Source: Oscillospiraceae bacterium | Lineage (GTDB): Bacteria; Bacillota; Clostridia; Oscillospirales; Ruminococcaceae | Reading direction: 5' to 3' | Assembly: GCA_017547245.1 (NCBI GenBank) | Contig: JAFYQD010000001.1 | Span: forward strand, 56,174-120,173 | DNA length: 64,000 nucleotides | Shown here: positions 48,133 to 57,884 of the stretch, in pieces | How the letters are laid out: each line of letters starts with the position of its first letter | Numbering within the stretch: position 1 is the stretch's first letter | Notes under the pieces: model-generated | Seen by the model: only the letters and a program-made list of their open reading frames with translations | What the model was told of the DNA's origin: nothing | Database searches by the model: none | Translations under genes and position numbers: made by a program

Positions 48133-51100
48133 TTATTTGATACCCAGTTTGCTTTCAATTTCACTCAGATCCAAACGCAGAATCTTGGAAACGCCCTCTT
48201 CCTGCATGGTAACGCCATACAGCACATCGGCTTCTTCCATGGTGCCGCGGCGGTGAGTGATGGTGATGAACTGGGTTCTTTCGGTCATGTTGCGCATATA
48301 CGAAGCAAAACGTACAACGTTTACATCGTCAAGGGCAGCTTCAATTTCGTCCATCAGGCAGAAAGGTGCGGGGCTTACCTTAAGAATTGCAAAGTAAATG
48401 GCAATTGCAACAAAGGCCTGTTCGCCGCCCGAAAGGGACGAAAGATTTTTGATCAGCTTTCCGGGAGGCTGCACAAAGATATCGATGCCGCTTTCCAGAA
48501 TGTTTTCGGGATCAGCCAGCTCCAGACGACCACGGCCGCCGCCGAACAGTTCAACAAATACCTTGCTGAATTCCTCGTTGATGCGGTCAAATTTTTCCCG
48601 GAAGATTGCGCACATATCCTTGGTAAGGTCACCGATGATACGGGAAAGTTCCTTCTTGGAATTTTCGACGTCTTCAATCTGACTATGCAGGAATTCATAT
48701 CGTTCGGCAACTTCTTTGTATTCCTCGATAGCGGCCAGATTGACATGACCAAGCGACTTGATACGGCTTTTCAGTTCGGTCAGGCGCTTCTGCGCAGCCG
48801 AAATATCTTCCAGCTTGATTGCGGCCTCACGAGCCTGGCTGCGGGTCAGTTCATATTCATCCCACAGCTTGCTTACAATGCTGTCAAAATCTGCATTGAT
48901 GCCGCTGTGGCGTTCCTCCAGACGGGTCAGTTCAGCCATGATCTGTTCACGGCTGTTATTGCTTTCACGTTCCTGCTGGCGCAGACTGGTAACCTTCTGT
49001 TCCAGTTCCATGCGTGCTGCCGAGCGCTCTGCAATTTCACGGTTAAGAGTTTCCACGCGGGTCTTTTCGTCGGTGGTTCTTGCGCGGCGCTCTTCAATGC
49101 TCTGGCGGACCTGTTCAATTTCAGCTTCTTTTCCGCCAATCTGTACCTGCAGTTCGGCCAGACGCTTGTGCTGGCCTTCCTTCTGGGCGGTCAGGCCGTT
49201 CAAACCGTCATTCAGCAGTTCAAGGTCTTTGCCGATGGCCACAAAATCAATATTCAAAGCGGCATACTTTTCGCCGCTCTGTTCCACAAGGGCAGAAAGT
49301 TCTTCTCTTCTTGCGGCATCTGCGCCGATTTCCTGCTCGATTTTTTCCAGTTCGGCAGTCAGGGCAATGATGGTTTCTTCGGAAGAAGAACACTTCTGCT
49401 GCAGTTCTTCCAAACGGTCACACATTTCCTGATAGTCGCTTTCGGCACGACGGTGGGTTTCCAAAGCTTCGTCACGGCTTATGGTAAGGCGGCGGAATTC
49501 TGCCTGTGCACCCACAAGGTCTTCCCCTGCGGTTTTCTGCTCGGCTTCTACAGCGGTAAGCGATGCACGGATGTTGGCCAGTTCAGCCGAGGCTGCCTGA
49601 ACCGCTTCTTCCATATCGGCAGATTTTTGGGTGTACTCTGCCGCTTCGGCACGCAGACGTTCAATTTCGCTGCGGCGGCCAAGAATACCTGCGCTTTTTG
49701 CAACGTAACCACCGGTCAGCGAACCACCTGCGTTAACCACCTGGCCATCCAATGTGACCACACGGAATTTATAGCTGCCCGCACGGGCAATTTCAACAGC
49801 AAGGTCAATGTTTTCGGCAATTACAATGCGGCCTAACAGGCTGTCAATGATGCCATTGTAACGCTTATCGGCCTTAACAAGATCAGCGGCAATGCCTACA
49901 TAACCGGCCTTGGCCGAAACGCCGGAGTCTGTCAAGCGGTTCCCCTTTACAGTGGTGATAGGCAGGAAGGTGCATCGGCCGGACTTAGACTGCTTCAGCT
50001 GGCTGATGGCCTGCTTTGCAACCGCCTCGTTTTCTACAACAATGTTCTGCATTGCGGCGCCAAGGGCAATTTCGATGGCGGTGGCATACTTATCTTCGGT
50101 TGTAATCAGGCTGGAAACAGGCCCAACTACACCACGAAGGTTGTTCTTCATGATGTATTTTACGCTGTGGCCAAAACCTTCCAGACTGTTTTCCATATCA
50201 GAAAGCAGCTGAGCACGCTGCAGCAATTCCCCTGCCTTCTGGTCAAGGCGGCTTTGCTGCTGCTGCAGATTCTGCAGTTTTTCTTCACGGGAAGAAAGCT
50301 TAAGAGAATATCCCTTGATGGAATTCTGAAGACCTGCAATGTTTTCCTGCAGTTCGGAAATAAATCCTTCGCATTCCTTAAGCTCGGTGGTGATTCTGGT
50401 CAGGTTTTCATCCTTCTGGGAAGAGGTTTCTTTCAGCAGACGGATGCGTTCAGCGGTATCTTCAATCAGCGACTGAGAAGAAGCGCTGGACTGACGAGCC
50501 TGATTGACGCTTTCGCGCAGTTCAAAACGCTGGGCTTTCAGAGCTTCGGTTTTGGTGGCCAGTACAGCCAGTTCGCTCTTGCCGTCCTGAATGGACTGTG
50601 CTGCACCCAGCATTTCAGAACGTTTTGCTTCCAAATCGGCCTGCTTTGCGGCAATCGAAGCCTGTTTTTCGGCAATGCGCTGATCCAGATCGCTTTCGGC
50701 CAAACCTGCGCCTTCCAACTCGGCACGGATACGCTCAATATCCTGGTTGGCATGAAGAATATTATTCTCCATAACAGCAATTTCGGTCTCGGCATGGCTC
50801 AGGCTTTCTTCCAGACCCTTGATAACACTGCGGTGATTGTCTATGTAGATGGCAATTTCCTGCTGCTGGCTGAATACGCCGTCGATTGCGGCTTCCAGCT
50901 CATCCAGTTTGGACTGAATTGCATCACGGTCACTGCGGCATACAAGAAGTTTATCTTCCTGTGTTTTCAGCTGTTCCTGCAGCTTGTCCAGTTTTTCCAT
51001 CCACAAAGAAATTTCCAGGGTCTTTTTTTCTTCGGCATAAACGATAAACTGGGAAGCCTTTTCGCTTTGAATGCGCAGAGGTTCTACACGGCCTTCCAGT

Positions 51101-51690
51101 TCGCCCAGAATGTCGCGCAGACGCACCATATTATCCTCGGCAGACTGCAGACGGCGCTCTGCTTCGGTTTTGCGCAAGCGATATTTAGCAATACCGGCAG
51201 CTTCTTCAAAAATTTCGCGGCGCTGGGTACTTTTGGCACCGACAATTTCGGCAATACGGCCCTGGCCTATGATGGAATAGCCATCGCGGCCCAAACCGGT
51301 ATCGAGGAACAGTTCCACAACATCGCGCATGCGCACAAGGTTGCCGTTGATGCGGTATTCACTTTCGCCCGAACGATAAAGCTTACGGGTAACAGTTACT
51401 TCATCACTATCTACATTCAGCGAACGGTCGCTGTTATCAATAATCAGCGAAACCCACGCAAAGCCCTGAGGCTTGCGGCTTTGGGTACCGCCAAAGATAA
51501 CATCTTCGCTTTTTGTTGCACGAAGGGTTTTGTTGGACTGTTCGCCAAAAACCCAGCGCACAGCGTCGCTGATGTTGCTCTTGCCGCTTCCGTTGGGGCC
51601 AACAATAGCGGTTATGCCTTTATCAAATTCAAGTTTGGTGCGGTCGGGGAAGGATTTGAACCCCTGTGTTTCGATCCCTTTAAGCCTCAT
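48133..51690 (-). CDS. smc: Chromosome segregation protein SMC
   Basis: 1185 aa. Walker A GPNGSGKSN, long coiled coils, hinge, signature LSGGE and Walker B FCLMDEIEAALD. Confidence 0.95.
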   Translation of the reverse strand: MRLKGIETQGFKSFPDRTKLEFDKGITAIVGPNGSGKSNISDAVRWVFGEQSNKTLRATKSEDVIFGGTQSRKPQGFAWVSLIIDNSDRSLNVDSDEVTVTRKLYRSGESEYRINGNLVRMRDVVELFLDTGLGRDGYSIIGQGRIAEIVGAKSTQRREIFEEAAGIAKYRLRKTEAERRLQSAEDNMVRLRDILGELEGRVEPLRIQSEKASQFIVYAEEKKTLEISLWMEKLDKLQEQLKTQEDKLLVCRSDRDAIQSKLDELEAAIDGVFSQQQEIAIYIDNHRSVIKGLEESLSHAETEIAVMENNILHANQDIERIRAELEGAGLAESDLDQRIAEKQASIAAKQADLEAKRSEMLGAAQSIQDGKSELAVLATKTEALKAQRFELRESVNQARQSSASSQSLIEDTAERIRLLKETSSQKDENLTRITTELKECEGFISELQENIAGLQNSIKGYSLKLSSREEKLQNLQQQQSRLDQKAGELLQRAQLLSDMENSLEGFGHSVKYIMKNNLRGVVGPVSSLITTEDKYATAIEIALGAAMQNIVVENEAVAKQAISQLKQSKSGRCTFLPITTVKGNRLTDSGVSAKAGYVGIAADLVKADKRYNGIIDSLLGRIVIAENIDLAVEIARAGSYKFRVVTLDGQVVNAGGSLTGGYVAKSAGILGRRSEIERLRAEAAEYTQKSADMEEAVQAASAELANIRASLTAVEAEQKTAGEDLVGAQAEFRRLTISRDEALETHRRAESDYQEMCDRLEELQQKCSSSEETIIALTAELEKIEQEIGADAARREELSALVEQSGEKYAALNIDFVAIGKDLELLNDGLNGLTAQKEGQHKRLAELQVQIGGKEAEIEQVRQSIEERRARTTDEKTRVETLNREIAERSAARMELEQKVTSLRQQERESNNSREQIMAELTRLEERHSGINADFDSIVSKLWDEYELTRSQAREAAIKLEDISAAQKRLTELKSRIKSLGHVNLAAIEEYKEVAERYEFLHSQIEDVENSKKELSRIIGDLTKDMCAIFREKFDRINEEFSKVFVELFGGGRGRLELADPENILESGIDIFVQPPGKLIKNLSSLSGGEQAFVAIAIYFAILKVSPAPFCLMDEIEAALDDVNVVRFASYMRNMTERTQFITITHRRGTMEEADVLYGVTMQEEGVSKILRLDLSEIESKLGIK

Positions 51691-51699
51691 ATAGCACCT

Positions 51700-52695
51700 C
51701 TATTCTATAATTACCTTCATATAATCCACCGAGTCATCCTCACGGACCATGACCCGATACCCGGCCTTTTCCAAAGCCAGAATGTTTACTCTGTGCTGTC
51801 CAACCATTTTTGAGGTTGCGCCCTTTGCTACTTTAAGAGTATACTCCCCTGCTTTGCATTCCGACAACTGTTCCAAAGCCGCATCAAGCAAAACACGGCT
51901 CTCGCACAGTTCGCGAAAAGCAGGATGATAGACACCGGCAACACAGTTTTGTTCGGTTTCTGCCGAAGCATGCAGACCCATGCGGATAACTTTGACACCG
52001 GCCGTTTCATACTGGCGCAAAGCCCATGCGCCCAGTTCCACCGCTTCCTCCAGCGTTGGAGGCTGATAAATACCCTGCTGCCACAGATTTTGCAGCGCAG
52101 TATTCTTTAATACAACCACAGGATAGATGCGAACCGTATCGGGACGCATTGCCGCAGACCGCCGAACAGTAGAACGAAAGCCTTCTGCACTGTCGCCATG
52201 CATACCAAGCATAATCTGATGGCCAAGCTCCAGTTCTGCTTCTTTGATAAGTGCAGAGGCAGCGAATGTGTCGTTGGCACTGTGCCCACGCAAATTCTTT
52301 TCCAGCACATGGTCATCCAAGCTTTGCACACCCAGTTCCACCGCAGTCACACCGTACTGTTTAAGCAGCTGCAGCACTTCCCCATCGATGGCATCCGGTC
52401 GTGTTGAAAGACGAATGCCCGACATTTTGGGATGTTGGCGGCAGGACTGAACGGCCTCAAGCAGCGCAACCATATATTCACGGTCAATGGCGGTAAAGCT
52501 GCCCCCAAAGAAAGCAATTTCGGCTTTTTGAATACCATCGTCAAGAGAATCGAGGGTATTTTGGCAAAATGCCGTTACTTCCGAAGGAACCGGAAGTTTA
52601 ACGCTTCCCGAAATGGTGCGCTGATCGCAAAAAATGCAGGTATTGGGGCAACCGGCATGCGGCACAAAAATGGGGATATTGGCAGTATGCTTCAC
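51700..52695 (-). CDS. Radical SAM protein (Elp3-like domain), function unknown
   Basis: 331 aa. CPNTCIFC CxxxCxxC cluster motif near the N-terminus. 4-nt overlap with rnc. Confidence 0.8.
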   Translation of the reverse strand: MKHTANIPIFVPHAGCPNTCIFCDQRTISGSVKLPVPSEVTAFCQNTLDSLDDGIQKAEIAFFGGSFTAIDREYMVALLEAVQSCRQHPKMSGIRLSTRPDAIDGEVLQLLKQYGVTAVELGVQSLDDHVLEKNLRGHSANDTFAASALIKEAELELGHQIMLGMHGDSAEGFRSTVRRSAAMRPDTVRIYPVVVLKNTALQNLWQQGIYQPPTLEEAVELGAWALRQYETAGVKVIRMGLHASAETEQNCVAGVYHPAFRELCESRVLLDAALEQLSECKAGEYTLKVAKGATSKMVGQHRVNILALEKAGYRVMVREDDSVDYMKVIIE

Positions 52696-53366
52696 TTACC
52701 CATCAGCTCCAGTGCTTCTTTGGCAGCAAGCTGCTCGGCACTTTTTTTGCTTCGGCCAACGCCGCGGCCAATCACATTGCTGTTCAGGCGAACTTCCACC
52801 TCAAAGCGCTTGTCGTGATCGGGACCGCTTTGGCCCACCAGTGCATAGGTAACACGTTCTTCGGGGTTCTGCTGGACAATTTCCTGCAGAATAGTTTTAT
52901 AGTCTTTGAAAGAGATTTCCTCGGTGTTGGAGAGGAAATCTTCCACAAAGGGTAGAATAAACTTGCGTGCGCTTTCAATTCCACCATCAAGATAGATGGC
53001 GGCAATCAAGGCTTCAAAGGCATCGGAAACAACCGAGGGACGCTCACGTCCGCCCATCAGCTCTTCCCCTCTGCCCAGACGCAGCTGTTTGCCAAGCTCA
53101 ATTTTTTGAGCCATCGAGAAAAGACCTTTTTCGCAGACAATTGCGGCACGCAGCTTGGTCAGATCACCTTCTGCCAGATGAAAACGGTTAAAAAGGTAAT
53201 CCGACACAACAATGGAAAGCACGGCATCGCCCAAAAATTCCTGACGCTCGTTATTCTGTACCACTTCACGGGTTTCGTTGGCATAGGAAGAATGGGTCAG
53301 TGCAGTGACAAGATAGTCTTTATTCTTAAACTGATATCCAATGACCTGTTCAAAATTGCAGTCCAT
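52692..53366 (-). CDS. rnc: Ribonuclease III
   Basis: NERQEFLGDAVL catalytic signature and a C-terminal dsRBD (GSGRSKK-type: GRGVGRSKKSAEQLAA). Confidence 0.95.
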   Translation of the reverse strand: MDCNFEQVIGYQFKNKDYLVTALTHSSYANETREVVQNNERQEFLGDAVLSIVVSDYLFNRFHLAEGDLTKLRAAIVCEKGLFSMAQKIELGKQLRLGRGEELMGGRERPSVVSDAFEALIAAIYLDGGIESARKFILPFVEDFLSNTEEISFKDYKTILQEIVQQNPEERVTYALVGQSGPDHDKRFEVEVRLNSNVIGRGVGRSKKSAEQLAAKEALELMGK

Positions 53367-53393
53367 GGAATCACCTCCGCGGCCAAAGGCCGT

Positions 53394-54407
53394 TTATTCT
53401 TGTTCTTCCTCCACAGCAGCTACGGCAGTCAGGCTCTGTGTGATCTGACCCACCATATCGCTTTCCACACAGGCAATAGCCTGACGAATGGCATTTTTGA
53501 TTGCCAAAGCGTTGGAGTTGCCGTGAGCCTTGATTACAGGCTTGCGCAGGCCCAGAAGAGGTGCGCCGCCGTGTTCGGAAGCATCCAGTTTCTTTTTCAT
53601 CTCGGTCACACCGCTTTTCATCGAAAGGGCGCAAACGGTGGTAAGGGGGTTCTTCAGCATGATTTTTTTGAACTCACCGCCAAAGTATTTGGCCATGCCT
53701 TCAATCAGCTTAAGAACAATGTTGCCGGTAAAACCATCGGCAACAATAACATCACAGCCGCCAAGAGGAATCTCTCGGGCTTCTACGTTGCCGATAAAGT
53801 TGATGGGAGCCTGCTTCAGCATGGCATAGGCTTCTTTCTGCAGTTCGGTGCCCTTGCCTTCTTCCACGCCAATGTTCAGCAAACCAACTCGGGGGCTTTC
53901 CAAGCCGTAAAGCTTCTGCATATATACCGAGCCCATAACACCAAACTGGCAGAGCATTTCGGGACGGCATTCGGCATTTGCGCCGCAGTCTACCAGCAAA
54001 GTTCCCTTTTCACCAACAGGCAGATAAGCGGTGATGCAGGGGCGCTTTACACCCTTGATACGCTTTACGATAAAGGTACCGCCGGTGAGGGCAGCACCGG
54101 TACTGCCGGCAGTAACCAAAGCATCAGCCTGGCCTGCAGCAAGCAGCTGGAAGGCGTTTTCCATCGAGCAGCCCTTATATTTGCGCAGCAGGTCGGTGGG
54201 TTTGGCTTCCATAGGGATGGCGCCATTGGCATTTTCTACGGTAATGCCATCCAGCGAGATGTTATTCTGTCCGGCAACCTGACATACTTCGGTGCTGTCG
54301 CCCGAAAGAACTACTTCGCAGCCGTATTCATCAACGGCCAGACGTGCACCCTTTATTACTTCCAGCGGGGCGTTATCTCCGCCAAATGCGTCAACTATAA
54401 TTCTCAT
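53394..54407 (-). CDS. plsX: Phosphate acyltransferase PlsX
   Basis: MRIIVDAFGGDNAP start after GGGAGGA. TGNIVLK motif. Confidence 0.93.
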   Translation of the reverse strand: MRIIVDAFGGDNAPLEVIKGARLAVDEYGCEVVLSGDSTEVCQVAGQNNISLDGITVENANGAIPMEAKPTDLLRKYKGCSMENAFQLLAAGQADALVTAGSTGAALTGGTFIVKRIKGVKRPCITAYLPVGEKGTLLVDCGANAECRPEMLCQFGVMGSVYMQKLYGLESPRVGLLNIGVEEGKGTELQKEAYAMLKQAPINFIGNVEAREIPLGGCDVIVADGFTGNIVLKLIEGMAKYFGGEFKKIMLKNPLTTVCALSMKSGVTEMKKKLDASEHGGAPLLGLRKPVIKAHGNSNALAIKNAIRQAIACVESDMVGQITQSLTAVAAVEEEQE

Positions 54408-54427
54408 GGATGTATCCTCCCTTCGTG

Positions 54428-55744
54428 TCAGACCTCGCCACACTGCTTAAGGGCAGCAGCAAGGCTTTCTATTGCTTTGTGCGCCACAGCTTCATAGCGC
54501 AGGCGCTTGTCCTTGATATGTTGTTCGGGGGACGGCAGCAAACCCATATTGCAGCCCATCGGCTGGAAGTCCACCACCTCAGGATTGCTGATATAGGCCG
54601 ACAATGCGCCAATCATACAATTGCGAGGCAAAGGAAGAGGATCTTCCCCGGCCAGTCTGCGAGCCAGATTGATGCCGGCAACGATGCCGGATGCCGCCGA
54701 CTCGATGTACCCTTCCACACCGGTGATTTGACCTGCAAAATAGGTCAATGCGTCATCACGCAGGCTGAAATCGGCATTCAGCAGACGGGGCGAATCGATA
54801 AAGGTATTGCGGTGCATCACACCATAGCGAAGAAACTCGGCGTTTTCCAGACCGGGAATCATCGAGAATACCCTTTTCTGTTCAGGGAACTTCAGATTGG
54901 TCTGAAAACCTACGATGTTGAACATGCTTCCGTCGGCATCTTCACGGCGGAGCTGTACAGCAGCCCAGGGACGGTGACCTGTACGAGGGTCACGCAGACC
55001 CACAGGCTTTAGCGGACCAAAACGAATGGTGTCTGCACCACGCTTTGCCAAAACTTCAATGGGCATACAGCCTTCATAAACCTTAAAATCACGCTTATCA
55101 AATTCATGCAAAGGTGCAGATTCGGCATTGACCAGCTCCTGCCAGAATGCCTCATACTCTTCCTTGTTGAAAGGACAGTTGATATAGTCGGCTTCACCAC
55201 GGTCATAACGTGCGGCAAAGAATACCTTTTCCATATCGATGGAATCCCGGCTGACAATGGGTGCGGCTGCATCAAAAAAGCTGAGATGTCCGCGTCCGCA
55301 GCGGTTTGCAATGGCGTTGGAAAGTGCTTCGGAAGTAAGGGGGCCGGTTGCAACAACAACAGGGCCGTCGGGAATTTCTTCAACCTCCCCTTCCACAACG
55401 GTAATAAGGGGGTTCTGACGAACAGCCTGTGTTACCAAATCAGAAAATTTGGTGCGGTCAACCGCCAGGGCTCCGCCTGCCGAAACAGCAGATTTTTCTG
55501 CGCATTGCATGGTCAAAGAACCCAGCATACGCATTTCTTCTTTCAGCAAACCTGCAGCAGATTCCAGCCGCATTGCTTTAAGGGAGTTGGAGCAAACAAG
55601 CTCGGCAAATCCGGTATAGTGATGGGCAGGAGTAAACTTGTGAGGCTTCATCTCATGAAGTTCCACGGCAATGCCGCGGCTGGCCAAAGCCCACGCAGCC
55701 TCACAACCGGCCAGACCGGCTCCCACAACAATTACCTTATTCAT
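54428..55744 (-). CDS. trmFO: Methylenetetrahydrofolate--tRNA-(uracil54-C5)-methyltransferase TrmFO
   Basis: MNKVIVVGAGLAGCEAAW FAD motif. Start ATG 55744 after GGTGGAGG. Follows topA, as is typical in Firmicutes. Confidence 0.93.
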   Translation of the reverse strand: MNKVIVVGAGLAGCEAAWALASRGIAVELHEMKPHKFTPAHHYTGFAELVCSNSLKAMRLESAAGLLKEEMRMLGSLTMQCAEKSAVSAGGALAVDRTKFSDLVTQAVRQNPLITVVEGEVEEIPDGPVVVATGPLTSEALSNAIANRCGRGHLSFFDAAAPIVSRDSIDMEKVFFAARYDRGEADYINCPFNKEEYEAFWQELVNAESAPLHEFDKRDFKVYEGCMPIEVLAKRGADTIRFGPLKPVGLRDPRTGHRPWAAVQLRREDADGSMFNIVGFQTNLKFPEQKRVFSMIPGLENAEFLRYGVMHRNTFIDSPRLLNADFSLRDDALTYFAGQITGVEGYIESAASGIVAGINLARRLAGEDPLPLPRNCMIGALSAYISNPEVVDFQPMGCNMGLLPSPEQHIKDKRLRYEAVAHKAIESLAAALKQCGEV

Positions 55745-57842
55745 CCTTGGCCTCCACCTTTTTGGCAGAATAGGGCTTTTCAAAACCACAGTTTTCCTTC
55801 AGGCAATGAATCTTACGGCCACGGCCGTTGGTGCGGAACAAGGTAGCGCCGCACTTGGGACATTTTTCTTCAATGGGGGTATCCCAGGTTGCAAAGGTGC
55901 ATTCGGGATATTTTTCGCAGCCATAGAAGGTTTTGCCGGTTTTGGAGCGCTTGGTCAGAATCTTTCCGCCGCAGGTGGGGCAAATTCCGCCCGAATCCTT
56001 GACGATTTTTTTGGTGTTCTTGCATTCAGGAAAGCCCGAGCAGGCCATAAACTTGCCGAAGCGGCCCATTTTAATGACCATAGGCTTACCGCAAAGTTCG
56101 CAAACCTCGTCGGTGGCTTCATCGGGGATCCTTACCCTCTTGCCTTCCATGTTTTCTTCGGCCTTTTTCAGGGTTTCGGCAAAATCGGTATAAAATTCAG
56201 ACATGGTATTTACCCAGTTCTGCTTGCCTTCGGCAATTTCGTCCAGGTTCCGTTCCATGCCGGCGGTAAAACCCGCGTCAACAATGTTGCTGAACTGTTC
56301 CGACATCAGACGGGTGGTAACATCGCCCAAAACGGTGGGCTTGAGGGCCTTGGCTTCGCGTTCCACATAACCACGCTGAATGATGGTGGTGATGGTGGGC
56401 GCATAGGTGGAAGGACGACCGATTCCCTTTTCTTCCAAAGCCTTGATCAGGGAAGCTTCGGTAAAGCGTGCGGGAGGCTGGGTGAAATGCTGATTTCCGG
56501 CAATTTCGTCCACCTTAAGCTCGGCACCTTCCTGCAGTGCAGGCAGAGCCGATACGCTTTCTTCCTCTTCGTCCTTGCTTTCTTCGTAAAGGCGTGTAAA
56601 GCCATCGAACTGTACAGTGAAGCCGGAGGCCTTAAAACCATATACACCGGCCTTGATATCGGCATTTACGGTGTCGTAAAGGGCACCGGCCATCTGGCAG
56701 GCGATAAAACGTTCCCAAATCAGCTTATAAAGCTTGTACTGGTCGCTGCTGAGGCTGGATTTTACCTGCAGAGGCTCCAGCTCGGGCATGGTGGGACGAA
56801 TTGCTTCGTGGGCATCCTGTGCCGCAGCCTTGGACTTGTAGACACGGGGGCTGGAGGGCAGATATTTGCTGCCGAATTTACCCTTGATGTAAGTAGCCGC
56901 ATCTGCCAGAGCTTCGGCAGAAAGACGCAGCGAGTCGGTACGCATATAGGTGATAAGACCCACTGCGCCCAGACCTTCCACTTCAATACCTTCATACAAT
57001 TCCTGAGCAGCCTTCATGGTGCGGCGTGCCTGGAACCCCAGCTTTCTGGAAGCTTCCTGCTGGAGGGTCGAGGTGGTAAAGGGAGGTGCAGGGTTCTTCT
57101 TGCGTGTTCCCTTCTTTACAGTATCCACCACAAAGGATTCCTTCTTCAGGTCTTCCAGAATGGCGTCGGCAATTTCTTTGTTCTTGACATTCAGTTTTTT
57201 GCCGTTTTTGCTGGCCAGCTTTGCGGGAAAAGCCTTCTTTTCTCCCTCAGCCTTCAGCATGGCATCAACCGACCAGTATTCTTCACTCTTAAAAGCGTTG
57301 ATTTCGTCTTCACGGTCAACAATCAAGCGCACAGCCACCGACTGAACACGACCGGCCGAAAGACCCTTGCGTACCTTTTTCCACAAAAAAGGACTGATCT
57401 TATACCCAACCAGACGGTCAAGCACACGGCGAGCCTGCTGAGCGTTTACCAGGTCAAGATCGATGCCTCGGGGGGCAGCCATACCGCCCTGAACACCGCT
57501 TTTGGTAATCTCATTAAAAGTAACACGGTTTTTCTCTGCAAGATCAAGCCCCAAAAGATTGGCCAGATGCCAGGAAATGGCTTCGCCTTCACGGTCAGGG
57601 TCGGTTGCAAGATAAACCTGCTCACTCTTTTTTGCCTTGCTTTTCAAAGATTTGATCAAATCTTCTTTGCCAGAGATATTTTCATATATAACTGCAAAAT
57701 CATTATCCACATCAACCCCCAGCTTGCTCTTGGGCAGGTCGCGGATATGGCCCATAGAGGCCACAACATCAAAATCCTCGCCGAGGTACTTTTTGATGGT
57801 TTTGGCCTTTGCGGGCGATTCTACAATAATCAGTTTAGACAT
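55737..57842 (-). CDS. topA: DNA topoisomerase I
   Basis: MSKLIIVESPAKAKTIKKYLG TOPRIM, active-site region YMRTDS and C-terminal CxxC zinc ribbons. Confidence 0.95.
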   Translation of the reverse strand: MSKLIIVESPAKAKTIKKYLGEDFDVVASMGHIRDLPKSKLGVDVDNDFAVIYENISGKEDLIKSLKSKAKKSEQVYLATDPDREGEAISWHLANLLGLDLAEKNRVTFNEITKSGVQGGMAAPRGIDLDLVNAQQARRVLDRLVGYKISPFLWKKVRKGLSAGRVQSVAVRLIVDREDEINAFKSEEYWSVDAMLKAEGEKKAFPAKLASKNGKKLNVKNKEIADAILEDLKKESFVVDTVKKGTRKKNPAPPFTTSTLQQEASRKLGFQARRTMKAAQELYEGIEVEGLGAVGLITYMRTDSLRLSAEALADAATYIKGKFGSKYLPSSPRVYKSKAAAQDAHEAIRPTMPELEPLQVKSSLSSDQYKLYKLIWERFIACQMAGALYDTVNADIKAGVYGFKASGFTVQFDGFTRLYEESKDEEEESVSALPALQEGAELKVDEIAGNQHFTQPPARFTEASLIKALEEKGIGRPSTYAPTITTIIQRGYVEREAKALKPTVLGDVTTRLMSEQFSNIVDAGFTAGMERNLDEIAEGKQNWVNTMSEFYTDFAETLKKAEENMEGKRVRIPDEATDEVCELCGKPMVIKMGRFGKFMACSGFPECKNTKKIVKDSGGICPTCGGKILTKRSKTGKTFYGCEKYPECTFATWDTPIEEKCPKCGATLFRTNGRGRKIHCLKENCGFEKPYSAKKVEAKDE

Positions 57843-57884
57843 ATTACTTGGTTCCTCCGTCAATGAAGTAAGACCTATATCTGC

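Noticed and set aside
46468-49836. 1122-aa plus-strand ORF opposite yhbY/rdgB/ftsY/smc, considered as a real giant overlapping gene
   Set aside because: It is the exact codon-aligned complement of three consecutive minus-strand genes that happen to share a frame. It has low-complexity composition, no RBS/promoter context and no recognisable domains. Every opposite-strand gene has strong family signatures. It is best explained by avoidance of TTA/CTA/TCA codons.
57703-57711. Perfect DnaA-box 9-mer TTATCCACA
   Set aside because: It is a single copy inside topA coding sequence. About one such hit is expected by chance in a window this size, and there is no cluster or AT-rich unwinding element.
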